Shown piece after piece: positions 38,051-49,400 of a stretch of DNA of 64,000 nt. Position numbers and translations under genes: made by a program. Numbering within the stretch: the first letter of the stretch is position 1; each line of letters opens with the position of its first letter. Origin of the DNA: an uncultured Porphyromonadaceae bacterium (GTDB lineage: Bacteria > Bacteroidota > Bacteroidia > Bacteroidales > Muribaculaceae); NCBI GenBank assembly GCA_947178165.1, contig CAMWXH010000001.1, positions 44,266 through 108,265 of the forward strand, in the 5' to 3' direction. A model generated the notes under the pieces. The model saw only the letters and a program-made list of their open reading frames with translations, was not told the origin of the DNA and did no database searches.

Positions 38051-40036
38051 ATGGGTGAGATGCAGGATGAGATAATTGAGGAATACAGCGAAGCCGACGA
38101 TAAAGAGCTCCGTGAAGAAGGCTGGCGGGAAGTTCAGAATCTTCTCGCCGGCTGGGGTAGGAATATCGATGAAATGGGGGGATTCGGAATTGAAATCACT
38201 CCCGACCGCACGCAGGAGGATATATTCAACAACCGTCCCGGGAAACAGCTTCGGGAGAAAATACTGAACTTGCCGGATTCCCCCGGGGTGTATATGTATA
38301 TCGACCGGCATGGCAACGTGATATATGTAGGTAAGGCGAAAAGGCTTAAAAGGAGAGTCTCCTCATATTTCAATCGCCATCATGATGTGACGCGGACAAA
38401 TCTTCTTGTGCGCAACATTGTCGATATGCGCTTCATTGTGGTTGCAACAGAGGAGGACGCCCTTCATCTGGAGAATGCGATGATAAAGGAGTATCAGCCC
38501 CGTTACAACGTATTGCTTAAAGATGACAAGTCATATCCCTGGATTGTGGTGACAAAGGAGCTGTATCCGCGTGTGTTTATGACGCGCGAAAAAGGGTTGC
38601 CGGCTAAATATTACGGACCCTACAGCAACCAGCATTCCGCCAAGGTTGTGCTCGACCTTATCCGCGAGACATATCCTCTCCGGAGTTGCCGTCATGCCCT
38701 CGACGAGCGAAGCATAGCCCGCAACAAATATTCCCTTTGCCTCGACTTCCACATAAAGAAATGTGCCGGACCTTGTCGCGGGCTTATTAATCCCGACGAT
38801 TACGGAAAATATATCTCGAGGGTGAGGCAGATTCTAAATGGCGAAACCGTGGAGCTTGAACGCATCCTCTTGGCCGAAATGAACGAATTAGCCGAGAATT
38901 GGAAATTTGAGGAAGCGCAGGCAGTGAAGGAGAAATATGAAGCTGTGAAGGGTTACAACGCCAAAAGCGTGATAGGGGAATCGGGTGGAGACGATGCTGA
39001 CATGTTTGCATACGTAGAGAATGAAGACCGTGCATTCGTTAACTTCATGCATCTCCACAAAGGGGCAGTGACACAAAGCCTGAATCTTGAATATCGCCGC
39101 CATAAGAACGAGGTGACCCGTGAAGAGATATTGTCGATGGCAATGTCGGAGGTGAAGTCGCGCTTTGACCGCGACTTCAGGGAAGTGATTGTCCCGTTCC
39201 TTCCGGATGTGGAATTTGAGGGAGTCACTTTCACCGTTCCCAAGAAAGGGGCCAAGAAAAAGGTTCTTGATGTCGGAATGAAGAATGCCCAGCAATACAT
39301 GAAAGATGTTGAGAAAGCGGCCGAGAAGCTGAATCCGGAGAGAAGCGTGGAGAAACTTATGGCGCAGATGAAATCTGATTTCCGCTTGAATGTTGAGCCA
39401 CGCCATATCGAGTGTTTCGACAACTCGAACATTCAGGGCACGAATCCTGTGGCGAGCTGTGTTGTGTTCCGTAACGGAAAGCCCAGCAAACGCGACTACC
39501 GTCATTTCAACATCAAGACCGTTGTCGGAGCCAACGACTTTGCCTCGATGAAAGAGATCCTGCATCGTCGCTACACTCGGATGATGGCAGAGGGGGAGCC
39601 GCTTCCGCAGCTTGTTGTAGTGGATGGCGGCAAAGGGCAGTTGAGTGCCGCAGTCGAGGCCTTCGATGAAATGGGGATTAGGGGAGAGGTGGCTCTTGTC
39701 GGCATTGCCAAACGCCTTGAAGAGATCTATTTTCCTGGCGACTCTCTTCCGCTCTACATCGACAAGAAATCGCCAAGCCTGCGCGTGATCCAGGCCTTGC
39801 GCGACGAAGCTCACCGTTTCGGCATAACCCATCACCGCAACCGCCGTTCGAAGGGACAGGTGGTGAGCGAGCTCGACGGCATACCCGGAGTCGGGCCCGC
39901 CACGGCCGCCGCGCTGATGAAGCATTTCAAGAGCGTAAGGAAAATAAAAGAGGCTTCCCTCGAAGAGATCGGGGAAGCCGTCGGGAAAGCAAAAGGAGCG
40001 ATTATCTATGGTCATTTCCATCCGGAAACAAAGTGA
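38051..40036 (+). CDS. uvrC: Excinuclease ABC subunit C, with a possible N-terminal extension
   Basis: GIY-YIG motif (PGVYMY...IYVGKAKRLKRRVSSYF), a UVR domain and a C-terminal HhH. The start is ambiguous: 38051, or the internal ATG at 38174. Confidence 0.9.
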   Translation: MGEMQDEIIEEYSEADDKELREEGWREVQNLLAGWGRNIDEMGGFGIEITPDRTQEDIFNNRPGKQLREKILNLPDSPGVYMYIDRHGNVIYVGKAKRLKRRVSSYFNRHHDVTRTNLLVRNIVDMRFIVVATEEDALHLENAMIKEYQPRYNVLLKDDKSYPWIVVTKELYPRVFMTREKGLPAKYYGPYSNQHSAKVVLDLIRETYPLRSCRHALDERSIARNKYSLCLDFHIKKCAGPCRGLINPDDYGKYISRVRQILNGETVELERILLAEMNELAENWKFEEAQAVKEKYEAVKGYNAKSVIGESGGDDADMFAYVENEDRAFVNFMHLHKGAVTQSLNLEYRRHKNEVTREEILSMAMSEVKSRFDRDFREVIVPFLPDVEFEGVTFTVPKKGAKKKVLDVGMKNAQQYMKDVEKAAEKLNPERSVEKLMAQMKSDFRLNVEPRHIECFDNSNIQGTNPVASCVVFRNGKPSKRDYRHFNIKTVVGANDFASMKEILHRRYTRMMAEGEPLPQLVVVDGGKGQLSAAVEAFDEMGIRGEVALVGIAKRLEEIYFPGDSLPLYIDKKSPSLRVIQALRDEAHRFGITHHRNRRSKGQVVSELDGIPGVGPATAAALMKHFKSVRKIKEASLEEIGEAVGKAKGAIIYGHFHPETK

Positions 40037-40087
40037 TAGGATGGGTTAAGAGAAGGAGGCGCGGATTCAAGAATTGTAAATTTCATC

Positions 40088-42901
40088 TCATCTCACCGAA
40101 GCCCTGAGCTCGGAAGGGCTCATTCCGAAAGCATCCCGGAAACAGCGGGCGAAATATTGCGGAGAGGAGAATCCCGTCGCAAATGCAATTTCAGCTACGG
40201 TGTCATCTGAGACAAGCAATCTTTTGCGGGCTTCGCGCAAGCGGAACCCGCGAATTATTTCAACCGGAGTGCTGCCCGTCAAGGCCTTTATCTTGCGCGT
40301 CAGTTGCGTGGCACCAATCCCAAGCCTTCCGGCCACGTCTCCCACCGTCAGATCCTCGTCGGAATAGTGGAGCCTTACCTGCGACAGAAAATCGCGGTAG
40401 AAGGAATTGTCGAGCTCCAGGCGCGTATTTGAAGGATCCGGGTCATCCCTTCGTAAAAGTTCTGCCGGATCGGAACCCTGTTCGAGGAAGAGGTCGAAGA
40501 TCCGTTTTCTGTTCTTGATAAGGGAATCGAGGCGCGCCTTGATCATAACCTCCGTAAACGGTTTGGCAAGGAAGGCATCTGCCCCCGAATCATAGCTGCG
40601 CACACGCTGCTCATCAAGACGGCAGGCAGTGAGAATCAGGATCGGTATATGCGAAGTGATCCGTTCCTCCTTGAGCCGGCGCGTAACTTCAAGCCCATCG
40701 ACATCTGGCATCATGATGTCGCAGACGATTGCATCAGGAATATATTTCAGTGCGAGCCTCATTCCCTCCTTGCCATCTGAGGCTGAAATCACGTTATAGG
40801 CATCTGAGACCATAAGGCGCACCAGAGTGCGAATATCATCGTTGTCATCAATCACGAGGAGGAGCGGTTTCTCCGTGGAGAGGCTTTCAGATTCTATATC
40901 TCCGTCGTCGGCAGGCATCACCACATCCTCATCCACTGTATCGATTATGTCAAGGTCAAACCTTGTTGGCTCGGGATTACAGGCACCCTTATCCGACATG
41001 TCGGCCTCAGTGTGAGTCACAGGAATTGTGACAGTGAAACAGGAGCCCACTCCCGGCTCGCTCTCCACAGAGATGCTACCGTCCATAAGCTCCACAAAGG
41101 CCTTCGAAAGAGACAGCCCAATGCCCGATCCCTTCGGCCGTGGGGTATCGACCTGATAGAAGCGTTCAAATATCTTAGGCAGTTCCTCCTTGCTCATCCC
41201 TGTTCCTGTGTCGGTCACCTTCAGGATGAAGTTGGAATCCTCAACGCCGGCTTCAACGCTTACCATGCCTTTGGCGCCGGTATATTTGAAAGCATTCGAC
41301 AATAGATTGAAAAACACACGCTCCATCTTTTCCACATCCAAGGCCATGAAGAAAGGTTTGGCGCAACCATCCGTGGCGGGGAGGATAACTTCGAAAGCGA
41401 TATTATGGCGCAGGGCATAATCCGTGAAATTTGACGACCATTCAGAAATGAGCGAAATGATGTCAACCTCCTGAAGCGACATTGTCGTGACTCCATTTTC
41501 ATATCTGCGGAAATCGAGAATCTGATCGATCATTCTGCGTAGAATCTTCACATTCTTCACCACCATCTTCATCAATGTCCTGTCCGAATCGGGGAGGTAT
41601 CTCTCTTTTGCAATTTTCTCAACCGGGTCGGCAATCAGGGCGAGAGGGGTGCGGAGGTCGTGAGAAACATTCGTATAGAACGCCAGTTTTGACCTCGTGG
41701 CCTCCTCAAGGCGCGCATACAGCTCCCTTTGTTTCTCCTCGCGGTCGAGAAGCTGTGAATTTTTTTCAGCCAGCTCCCTGCTGTATTTTGTCCTCTGCCG
41801 GCTAAAATAGAGAAGCGCCGCCACCACTGCAAGCAGCAGCAAGAAAGCGATAAGCGTGACATAAAGGATTGTCTTCTGAGTGGCGTGGCGCGAGCTGACA
41901 AGCGCATATCTTGAATTGAGATCCTCAATCTGGGTTGTTTTATGGCGCAACACCTCGTTAAGGTTAAGGTGCATCAATGCATTGTCGCGGTTTATGAAAC
42001 TCACCGCTTCCATCTTGTTGTCGCGATTGTAAGCGTTTCCACGCAAGATATCCATGGCCAGACGAATCACCTCCTCTCCCACGGTAGGATAAGTGAAGGT
42101 TATGTCGATGAGGGAGTCGGACACAGCTTTTATGCCCAATTCGGGAGCGCCGTCTGTTCCGATCACCACAACATCATTGCGGTTCCTCTCACGAGCCACT
42201 TTGGAGGCCGATATGGCCATAACGTCATTGTGGGCATAGATTATCTTTATCTCGGGATTTGAAGCCAGCAGAGAGTCTGTGACGCGGTAGGCAGGGGTTG
42301 CATTCCAGTCCGCCGCATAGCTTCCAGCAAATGAATCAGCCGCGCTGTCAGAAATCGCACTCATGAAACCTGCATGACGTTCCTCGGCCGGAGTGGAACC
42401 CGGAAGCCCTGTTAGCTCGACAATCTTCCCTCCGTTCTTATCAAGGGCGTGGAGGGCATACTTCCCGGCTTCCCGGCCGATGCTCACATTGTCAAGGTCT
42501 ATGCGCGCCGTGTAGGTAGTGTCGTTTATGTTGCGGTCGAATATGATCACCGGCACCCCCTTCCTGTAGGCATTGCGCACGGCAGGGGTCAGGGCTTCGG
42601 CTTCATTCGGGGCTATTATGATTATGTCAAATCCCTCGCGAACGAAATAGTCGATATCTTCAATCTGCTTGCGGCTGTCGTCGCTTGCAGTGCGTATCTC
42701 CACTGTGGCGTCGTCATAAAAGAGCATCTCTCGGTTTATCTCATCGTTCATCTGACGGCGCCATTCATCGTCGCTCGGTTGCGAAACACCGATGCGATAT
42801 TTCTCGTGATTCTCACGACACCCCTGCAGCGCAGGGATAGAGAATAATATTAAAAGGCAATATATGGCCTTGCAATATAGATTTTCCTGAATTTTATTCA
42901 T
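40088..42901 (-). CDS. Hybrid two-component system sensor/regulator with a periplasmic sugar-binding (PBP type I) domain (BT1754-like architecture)
   Basis: PBP-like region YRIGVSQPSDDEW...VPVIIFDR, a TM, H-box VSHDLRTPL, HATPase GSGIGLSL, a REC domain, and a C-terminal AraC HTH. I trimmed the start to the ATG at 42901 because a TAaaTTTG box at 42969-42976 abuts the longer ORF. Confidence 0.85.
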   Translation of the reverse strand: MNKIQENLYCKAIYCLLILFSIPALQGCRENHEKYRIGVSQPSDDEWRRQMNDEINREMLFYDDATVEIRTASDDSRKQIEDIDYFVREGFDIIIIAPNEAEALTPAVRNAYRKGVPVIIFDRNINDTTYTARIDLDNVSIGREAGKYALHALDKNGGKIVELTGLPGSTPAEERHAGFMSAISDSAADSFAGSYAADWNATPAYRVTDSLLASNPEIKIIYAHNDVMAISASKVARERNRNDVVVIGTDGAPELGIKAVSDSLIDITFTYPTVGEEVIRLAMDILRGNAYNRDNKMEAVSFINRDNALMHLNLNEVLRHKTTQIEDLNSRYALVSSRHATQKTILYVTLIAFLLLLAVVAALLYFSRQRTKYSRELAEKNSQLLDREEKQRELYARLEEATRSKLAFYTNVSHDLRTPLALIADPVEKIAKERYLPDSDRTLMKMVVKNVKILRRMIDQILDFRRYENGVTTMSLQEVDIISLISEWSSNFTDYALRHNIAFEVILPATDGCAKPFFMALDVEKMERVFFNLLSNAFKYTGAKGMVSVEAGVEDSNFILKVTDTGTGMSKEELPKIFERFYQVDTPRPKGSGIGLSLSKAFVELMDGSISVESEPGVGSCFTVTIPVTHTEADMSDKGACNPEPTRFDLDIIDTVDEDVVMPADDGDIESESLSTEKPLLLVIDDNDDIRTLVRLMVSDAYNVISASDGKEGMRLALKYIPDAIVCDIMMPDVDGLEVTRRLKEERITSHIPILILTACRLDEQRVRSYDSGADAFLAKPFTEVMIKARLDSLIKNRKRIFDLFLEQGSDPAELLRRDDPDPSNTRLELDNSFYRDFLSQVRLHYSDEDLTVGDVAGRLGIGATQLTRKIKALTGSTPVEIIRGFRLREARKRLLVSDDTVAEIAFATGFSSPQYFARCFRDAFGMSPSELRASVR

Positions 42902-43046
42902 AGTCGGATAAATGGAGAAGAGCGCGGGAGAAACTGACCCCCACACTCTTCGAAAGGAAAAATACACTCAAATTTAAAGATAAAAATTAACAATATCCGA
43001 AAAGAGTCTGAAGATGCAACAATATTAGAAAAGAAAGCGAGATTTT

Positions 43047-43457
43047 TTATATCGTGCCTTTGACCGTCAGCATCACCCTTGGATTGTCGGCATTGCTTCT
43101 TATTCGGAGAGTTTTTCTGAATGGCCCCGGCCTGCGGTTCTTGCTGTCAAAGCTGATCTTTATCTCTCCGCTCTCTCCGGGCCCCACGGCATCCGCGGTG
43201 TAGGAGGAGGTGGTGCATCCGCATTCGGAGAAGATTGCCAGTATCTGCAGGGGCGCTGTGCCGGTGTTTCGGAATCGCATGCTCCCTTCCACAATCGTAT
43301 CGGCATTGATCACGCCGAAATCGAAGTGGCAGGAATCGAGACTCAGGTGGCCGACAGCAACGTTAGTGTCGTCATCGCCAACCGTCGGCCCGGCCAGCGA
43401 GGCCGAGGCTGACGAAAGAGCGATAAAAACAATAATATAAACTAATAGATTTCTCAT
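43047..43457 (-). CDS. DUF1573 domain protein (small secreted Ig-like protein)
   Basis: Signal peptide and the DUF1573-like pattern FDFGVI...FRNTGTAPLQI...ECGCT...PGESGEIKISF. Its ATG overlaps the stop of the giant gene (ATGA). Confidence 0.7.
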   Translation of the reverse strand: MRNLLVYIIVFIALSSASASLAGPTVGDDDTNVAVGHLSLDSCHFDFGVINADTIVEGSMRFRNTGTAPLQILAIFSECGCTTSSYTADAVGPGESGEIKISFDSKNRRPGPFRKTLRIRSNADNPRVMLTVKGTI

Positions 43458-46400
43458 ATACTCAGTTTGACTGTTCTTTCTTCATTAGCATTTCTCATCT
43501 TCACAATTGACACACCCTCATCGAGCGAAAGAGAGAGGGAGTCGCTTCCGCCGGCGTTATGCGTGATGCGTCCTAACGTGTCGCAAACCGTAACACGAAG
43601 TTCCCCTGTGCAGGCGCAGTCAGTCACGTTAAGGATATTTCCGGCCAACGACCATTTGAGAGTTTCGGTGACTATGCTGTCGCTTTTCCCTGCGGTGAGG
43701 TAGAAACGCCCGCCGACAGCTCCTGTCACCTCAATCTCTGTCACCTCCTCAAGCGGTGTCATCGAATCGTCAGATGCATCGTAGAGATAAAGGTCTCCGA
43801 AAGCTTCGGTTCCTTCAAAGCGGAGAATGGAGGCTGTTCCCTCATCGGCTATCAAGCCAATCTCCACTCCCTCGGAATCCGTGCAGAAGTTTATGCTCCT
43901 TGCGTGTCCCCCCTTTGCCGTGAACACAGTGGAGAGAATGTCGAGATCCCGATTGTCAATTGCATCCACGCATTCTTCAGGAACATTGTCCGAGCCCGGA
44001 ACGAGAATTGCCGTTGAGCAAGCCCGCCCTTCGCTGATAGAAGTGATTCTGAGATAAGCCGGCTCGTCTCCGGAGCGTGTGCCCTGAGTGAGAATAGAGC
44101 CATCCTTGTGGTCCCGGCGCATCATAGTCTCATCATATTCCAAATCCAGAGATGTCGCGGCTTTCTTAGATTCCACAAAGAAACCCTGCATCGGTGCAAT
44201 AGCTGTGGCATCTTCTGGAGAATCGCTTTCAGGATAGGGGGAGGCAATGAAATTATTTTCCCCGGAGAGGCTGCCTGCAATTTGGCCATCCTTTGTTACG
44301 ACCCAATATTTCTGTTCCAGCTTGTCCTGGTTCCTGGAGAGAAATCCCTTAATATCCATATAAGTCATGAAAGGATTGCCCACAAGGAAATATTTCCCTT
44401 CATTGGCAGTGGTTACGGTCATTGTTCCATTGCTGACATTGAGGCGGTGACTGTTTTCTCTGTTCAGTGCGGCGGTTTCTTTATTATCCGTTGTGCCATC
44501 CTGTTTGTAATAGAAATAGGTTTCATCTCCTTTGGGCAGGCGGAAGATCACCTTATCTCCGGCATTATTGGCATTGGAGACATCTGTCTTGATAGAGAAA
44601 GCCTTCCCGTTGCCGTAATCCTCTGTGGCATCGTTATAGACGCGGCTCCAGAATGTCTTGACGGCAACATTGCGGGCATCGTTCGTTCCGAACTCATAAA
44701 CGTTCGCGGTGCTCTTGTCCCATCCTCGCTGATACACTGCCGGCGCGAAACGGTCATTCTTTGCCGTATCAAAGGTAATTTCGCGGAACATTTCAGTCTC
44801 CTGGCGAGCTTTTTCAGTTGGAAGATAGAAATCACCGGCGTAGGCATCCTGAAGCGGTGTCGAAAGGATATACCAACGGGAATGGTCAAGCTCTACATCC
44901 ACCCAGGCTTTCTCATAATTGAGCACCTGCTGATTCATGATGGTTGCACCAGGGAGGAAATGGATCTCCTTGCAGCGGTTGGCTTGCCAGGGACGGCAAA
45001 GGAGCCTCTCCTCATCCCACTGTGATTCGCGGGCTGTCATATCATATTGTATGAGCGATGTAGGCCCCCCGATTTTCTCGGCCGGTTTCTCTGCCCCGTC
45101 GGGGTTGGAAGTCCATTTGTTCTTAACAGCGGCATTGTATTCGTCGGTCATCTCCACATTGTCGGTTGCCGGAGCGTAGAGCCAGGGGTTCTCGCCGTCA
45201 GCCCCGATGAAATTTCCCTCCGCATCTCTTGTCACGTCCGGGCGGTCAATCACAACTCTTGTGAAATCGAGCGGCGCGAAACCTCTGCCGTTAGCATTCC
45301 CTCCATCAGTGAACCGGTAATCATCGGCTGATGCGTCAGGTTTCAAGATTTCGGAAGATGTCACGCGCATCCAGTTGTCATCGTTGTCCCACGATAGGTT
45401 CTTGTCGCCATTCCATTTAAGGTATTGCGGTACGACTTTAGTAGTGAATATGTCGTGACCGTTACAGATTGTTTCATCATCTGCATCGATCTCCTCATCG
45501 TTGTTTTCTTCAAATTGATAGCGGAAACGGTAGAAATAACCTTCCTTGAATTTGAAATTCCTGTCGAAATCGGCAGTGAAATGTTTCCTTTCACCTGATG
45601 TTGCCGCACCATTCCCTGAGGAATAGGCATTGAACTCTACAATCTCGCCTACCCAAAGAAGATGTTCTGTCTCCTCTTTTGAGTCATCCAGTGTTCCCAA
45701 ATTGCGGTATTCCGGGTCATTGGTTTGGGCAAGAAGAATGCATCCGGTTCTTTTCACCTTCTCGTTATTGATAATTGTTTCCTCGTTTACGAGAGAGAAC
45801 TCTTTAGGCTTGCCGTCGGAAGAGGATACCGCTCGCAAGGGGATATCGATTTTCCGCAATTCAGACGCAGCGGATGTCACTTCAGAATTTTTGTAAATCT
45901 GATTCAGGCCCAGGCGCAATGGCACGTCATAAAGCTCTGCGGGATAATTCAGGGCCGGGTCGGAAAGGCCGTGGAGAATAACCGGTGTATGATCACCGAC
46001 AGATATTCCGATTTCGGTAGGTGACTTGCAAACCTGCACGCTCTTCCCGCCGGCAGTTTCCCCCGGTGCATTCTCCCAAAGGAGGTCAATTATGGGTATG
46101 GCCACAAAACGGGCTTTTGTTGCGGCCTCGCCTTCATTGCGGCTAACAGGGGGAACAACGAATGAAGCCTGATGCAACACCAGCTTAGGCAGCCCGTTTG
46201 CGGCAGGGGAGGAAGCAACATCAATTATGTCGAGCATCCATTGCTCGAGCATCATATCATCGTCTCCCTTCTCAGTCTCGGCCTTGATTCCGGCCACGCT
46301 CTCCGCTTCAGGATAACGGGCGCGGAACAGATTCAAGGCAGTCTGGAGATAATGAGCATCGTCATCTTCAGTATAGTCATCAGCAACCTCCAGCGATTCG

Positions 46401-49400
46401 GGATAATCTTTGAAACGATAATTCTCAAAATCGTTGATTGAGCCATCAAACCAGTCGAAATAGGCATTCTTCATCACTTCTACCGGTTCCTTGTCAGTGC
46501 TCCAAACATTGAGCTGTATCACCGGCATCTGATTTTCACATGCTTCAAGCTCATTGAACTCGGGTTGGATCACGCCGTCAATCTTAACCTCCAAAGCCGG
46601 AGTCACAGTAAGGACGCAATTATAGGAGCACTCCTCGCCGAGGTCGAAGAATGTGGTCGCATCGTAGCTGTCGGGGAGAATCCCGACGGAATTGTCACCG
46701 TCGTCGAGACGTGACTTGAACACTACATAATATTCCTTGCCGATTTTGAGTTTGCCGGCATCAGCTACAGTCTCGAACACAATCATCCTGTCGCCAGATT
46801 CATTGGTCATGCGATAAGCCGTCTCTTTTGCTATATTGCCCAGACGGTTGCCTCCGTTGTCGGTATATGAATCGTTTTTAGTGAAATTATTGCTGAACTT
46901 CACCTTGCCTATAGTGGCATCGTTCATCGAGCCTGTCTCCTCAAATTTCTCCTTATCCACGAAAGCATAGTAGAGGTCAATTTTTTTATCGGCAGTGCCA
47001 TATCCTTCCGCCTGACCCAACTTTTCGAGCAATGTTTCGAAAGAGGCCTGGATAGTGAGGTCGAGAGGCACATCATCGCATGCAAAGCCATCGTGCGAAG
47101 CATCGGCGGCAGGGGGGAGGACGTAGGCCCGGATGTCATCAATGGCATAATCTGCACCCACAGAGCTTTCTCCGTTATGGGCAAGTTCGAGCTCGAAGTG
47201 ATCCACATCCTTGAAAGTCTTGGTGTCGTTAAAATACTCCGACATGCGAGGAATGAATGAGTAATATACGTTGCACCATTTTCCTAATTTGTCACCAGGG
47301 ATATTTCCTGTAATGAAATTGTGCAGCACCACTCTTTCATTTGTCTCATTCATCACGGCCACAAAATTGAAGGAGATGTTTGCGGCTTCATAATCGTCAT
47401 TGGCGTCTCCTTTAGTCATTTCAGCCACCCAGGCCGATACAATCACGCGACTTCCGGCACATGGGAGGTCCACATTGATGCGTGCCGACACCCCCGGGTC
47501 GGATGCTGCGTTCACATAGTAGAAATAACCCTGCTCCTGCCTTATCTTCTTGTCGGGATTAGCTTCTCTCATTCGCTTGGTCTTGTAGTAGAGGCGGTCG
47601 TATAGCCCGATGCCGTCACCCTCATTGTTAGCATTCCAATTATCTGCACTTGCATGATAGGGGACGTTGGTGGAATGAGTGGCGAGCATATACATGTTGT
47701 AGTTGTATCTGTAGTTGTAGCCGAAACCGTAGGTGGATCGTTCCCATGCGATAGGCCACTTGTAGAAGGCGTGCTGCATTTTAGAGGCGCTCGTGAGATG
47801 ATTTGTGGAATTATGATCCCAAACCACCAGATTCAGCTTATTTTCATCCTTATACCATTGGTCGGCGATGTCAAACGCAGGCACAGAATACGATATGAAC
47901 TTATTTTTCAGTGTTTCATCAGTGAGTTTATTGATTTCAAAATAGTTGTCGAAGTCAATCTTGAATTGAGTATCGCCATACTTCTCCTTGAGATATTCGT
48001 CGCGGGCGTGACGATACCTGTTATTATTCTTATTAGAGGGGTCTGTGTCGTAAAGCTCAGCGTCAGTCAGCAGCGATGCGCTGCTTGAGCCAACAAAACG
48101 GATGTCATATTGCATCAGGATCATCGGGCCGGTGGAAGTGGTTATTATGTTGCCGTTATTATCTTTAGCGAGCACCTGCACAATGTAGCGACCCTCGCCA
48201 GGATTATCTTTACGCAACATCGAATGGTAACGGAACTGATTTTCCGGCTCTGCATACTCCCCGGCTGCCGAGGGTTTGGAGCGGCGCATCCTTATGTCAG
48301 ATCCGAAAACGAAGCCCTGTTCTCCGGGCAATTCCTCGCGCGTGTCGCCGTTCAGCACGCGGATTCCGAATTGACGGATGCGGTCATATTTGCCTGTGGC
48401 ATTGTTCTTGAAATAATAGTTTGTCACGCCGCCCGACGTTCCCCAGCCCGTGGGAAGAGGGGAGTCGAGACGGATCTGGAAATTTGTTCCGGCCATCGCC
48501 GTCACGCGATGCTGGTTCTTTCTTGCATAGTCGCTGTTGGCATCCTGAAGTTCCTCTGTCTGCTGACGCGCATCGCGGATGCGGAAGATATGTCGGAAAG
48601 CAATCAAGGGTTCCATCACCTTTCTTTCATCCACTTTGATATGATTTTCATCGGGATAGAAGGTCTGGCTGAAATCAGCGGCTATCACATATTCGTGAGT
48701 CTCATCCCATTCTCCTTTCAGGTTTTCCGGGAAATAGAACACCGCAGAGGTCCCTGCCTTGCGTCGGCGTTGCTCCTCGCAGTCTTCCCCCTCTCCATGC
48801 CAGGGGCGATGGAACCCGGTTAATAAAAGTTCTCCTCCGAGATTCGGATTTTCGGTGTCGATCAATTCAAACCATCCTGCCATATCGGGAAGGGTGGCGA
48901 ATGGTTTCCAGATGGGATCCGTATAATCTCCTATCTGATTAAAATTGCCGTAGCAGTTTTTGAAGTTGAGGGTCCATGTCACATCAGAGTTATCAAATTT
49001 ACCCTGCTCAATCCATCCCCCTGTCGCATCCTCGTAAGGTTCGTTTCCCAGACTGTGGCGCACGTAGGTTTCTCTCTTCAAAGGTTCATGTCCGGTAAGC
49101 GAGCAATCCACAACTATGTTTTTGAAATAGGAGGGAGTTGCCGACATTCGGGTGTGCAGCCATCCGCAAAGGGCAGTGTTAAATCGCATGCCGAGATCGG
49201 GATTGCCGACAGTTCCACCCACATACACATTCTCCACTGTGAGATGATTGTCGCTGCTCTCATTGTCGCATCTTCCGAGTATGGCACCCACAAAATGCTC
49301 CCCCTCGCTCCCTGTTCCTTTTATAGTGCAATTGCTGTTGATTTTTATGTTCTTGGCGGTCAGACCCCCACCAGTGAGGTATGCCACCAATCCTACATGT

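Noticed and set aside
38888-40021. A 377-aa minus-strand ORF overlapping uvrC
   Set aside because: It is antisense to a strongly supported uvrC with GIY-YIG, UVR and HhH motifs, and I recognised no motifs in it.
44108-45025. A 305-aa plus-strand ORF (and others, for example 48110-48823, 47654-48088 and 49055-49474) inside the giant gene region
   Set aside because: They lie antisense to an uninterrupted 6.9-kb ORF with signal peptide and recognisable domains. Their products are low-complexity, Ile/Cys/Gly-rich and have no recognisable motifs, so they are most likely shadow ORFs.
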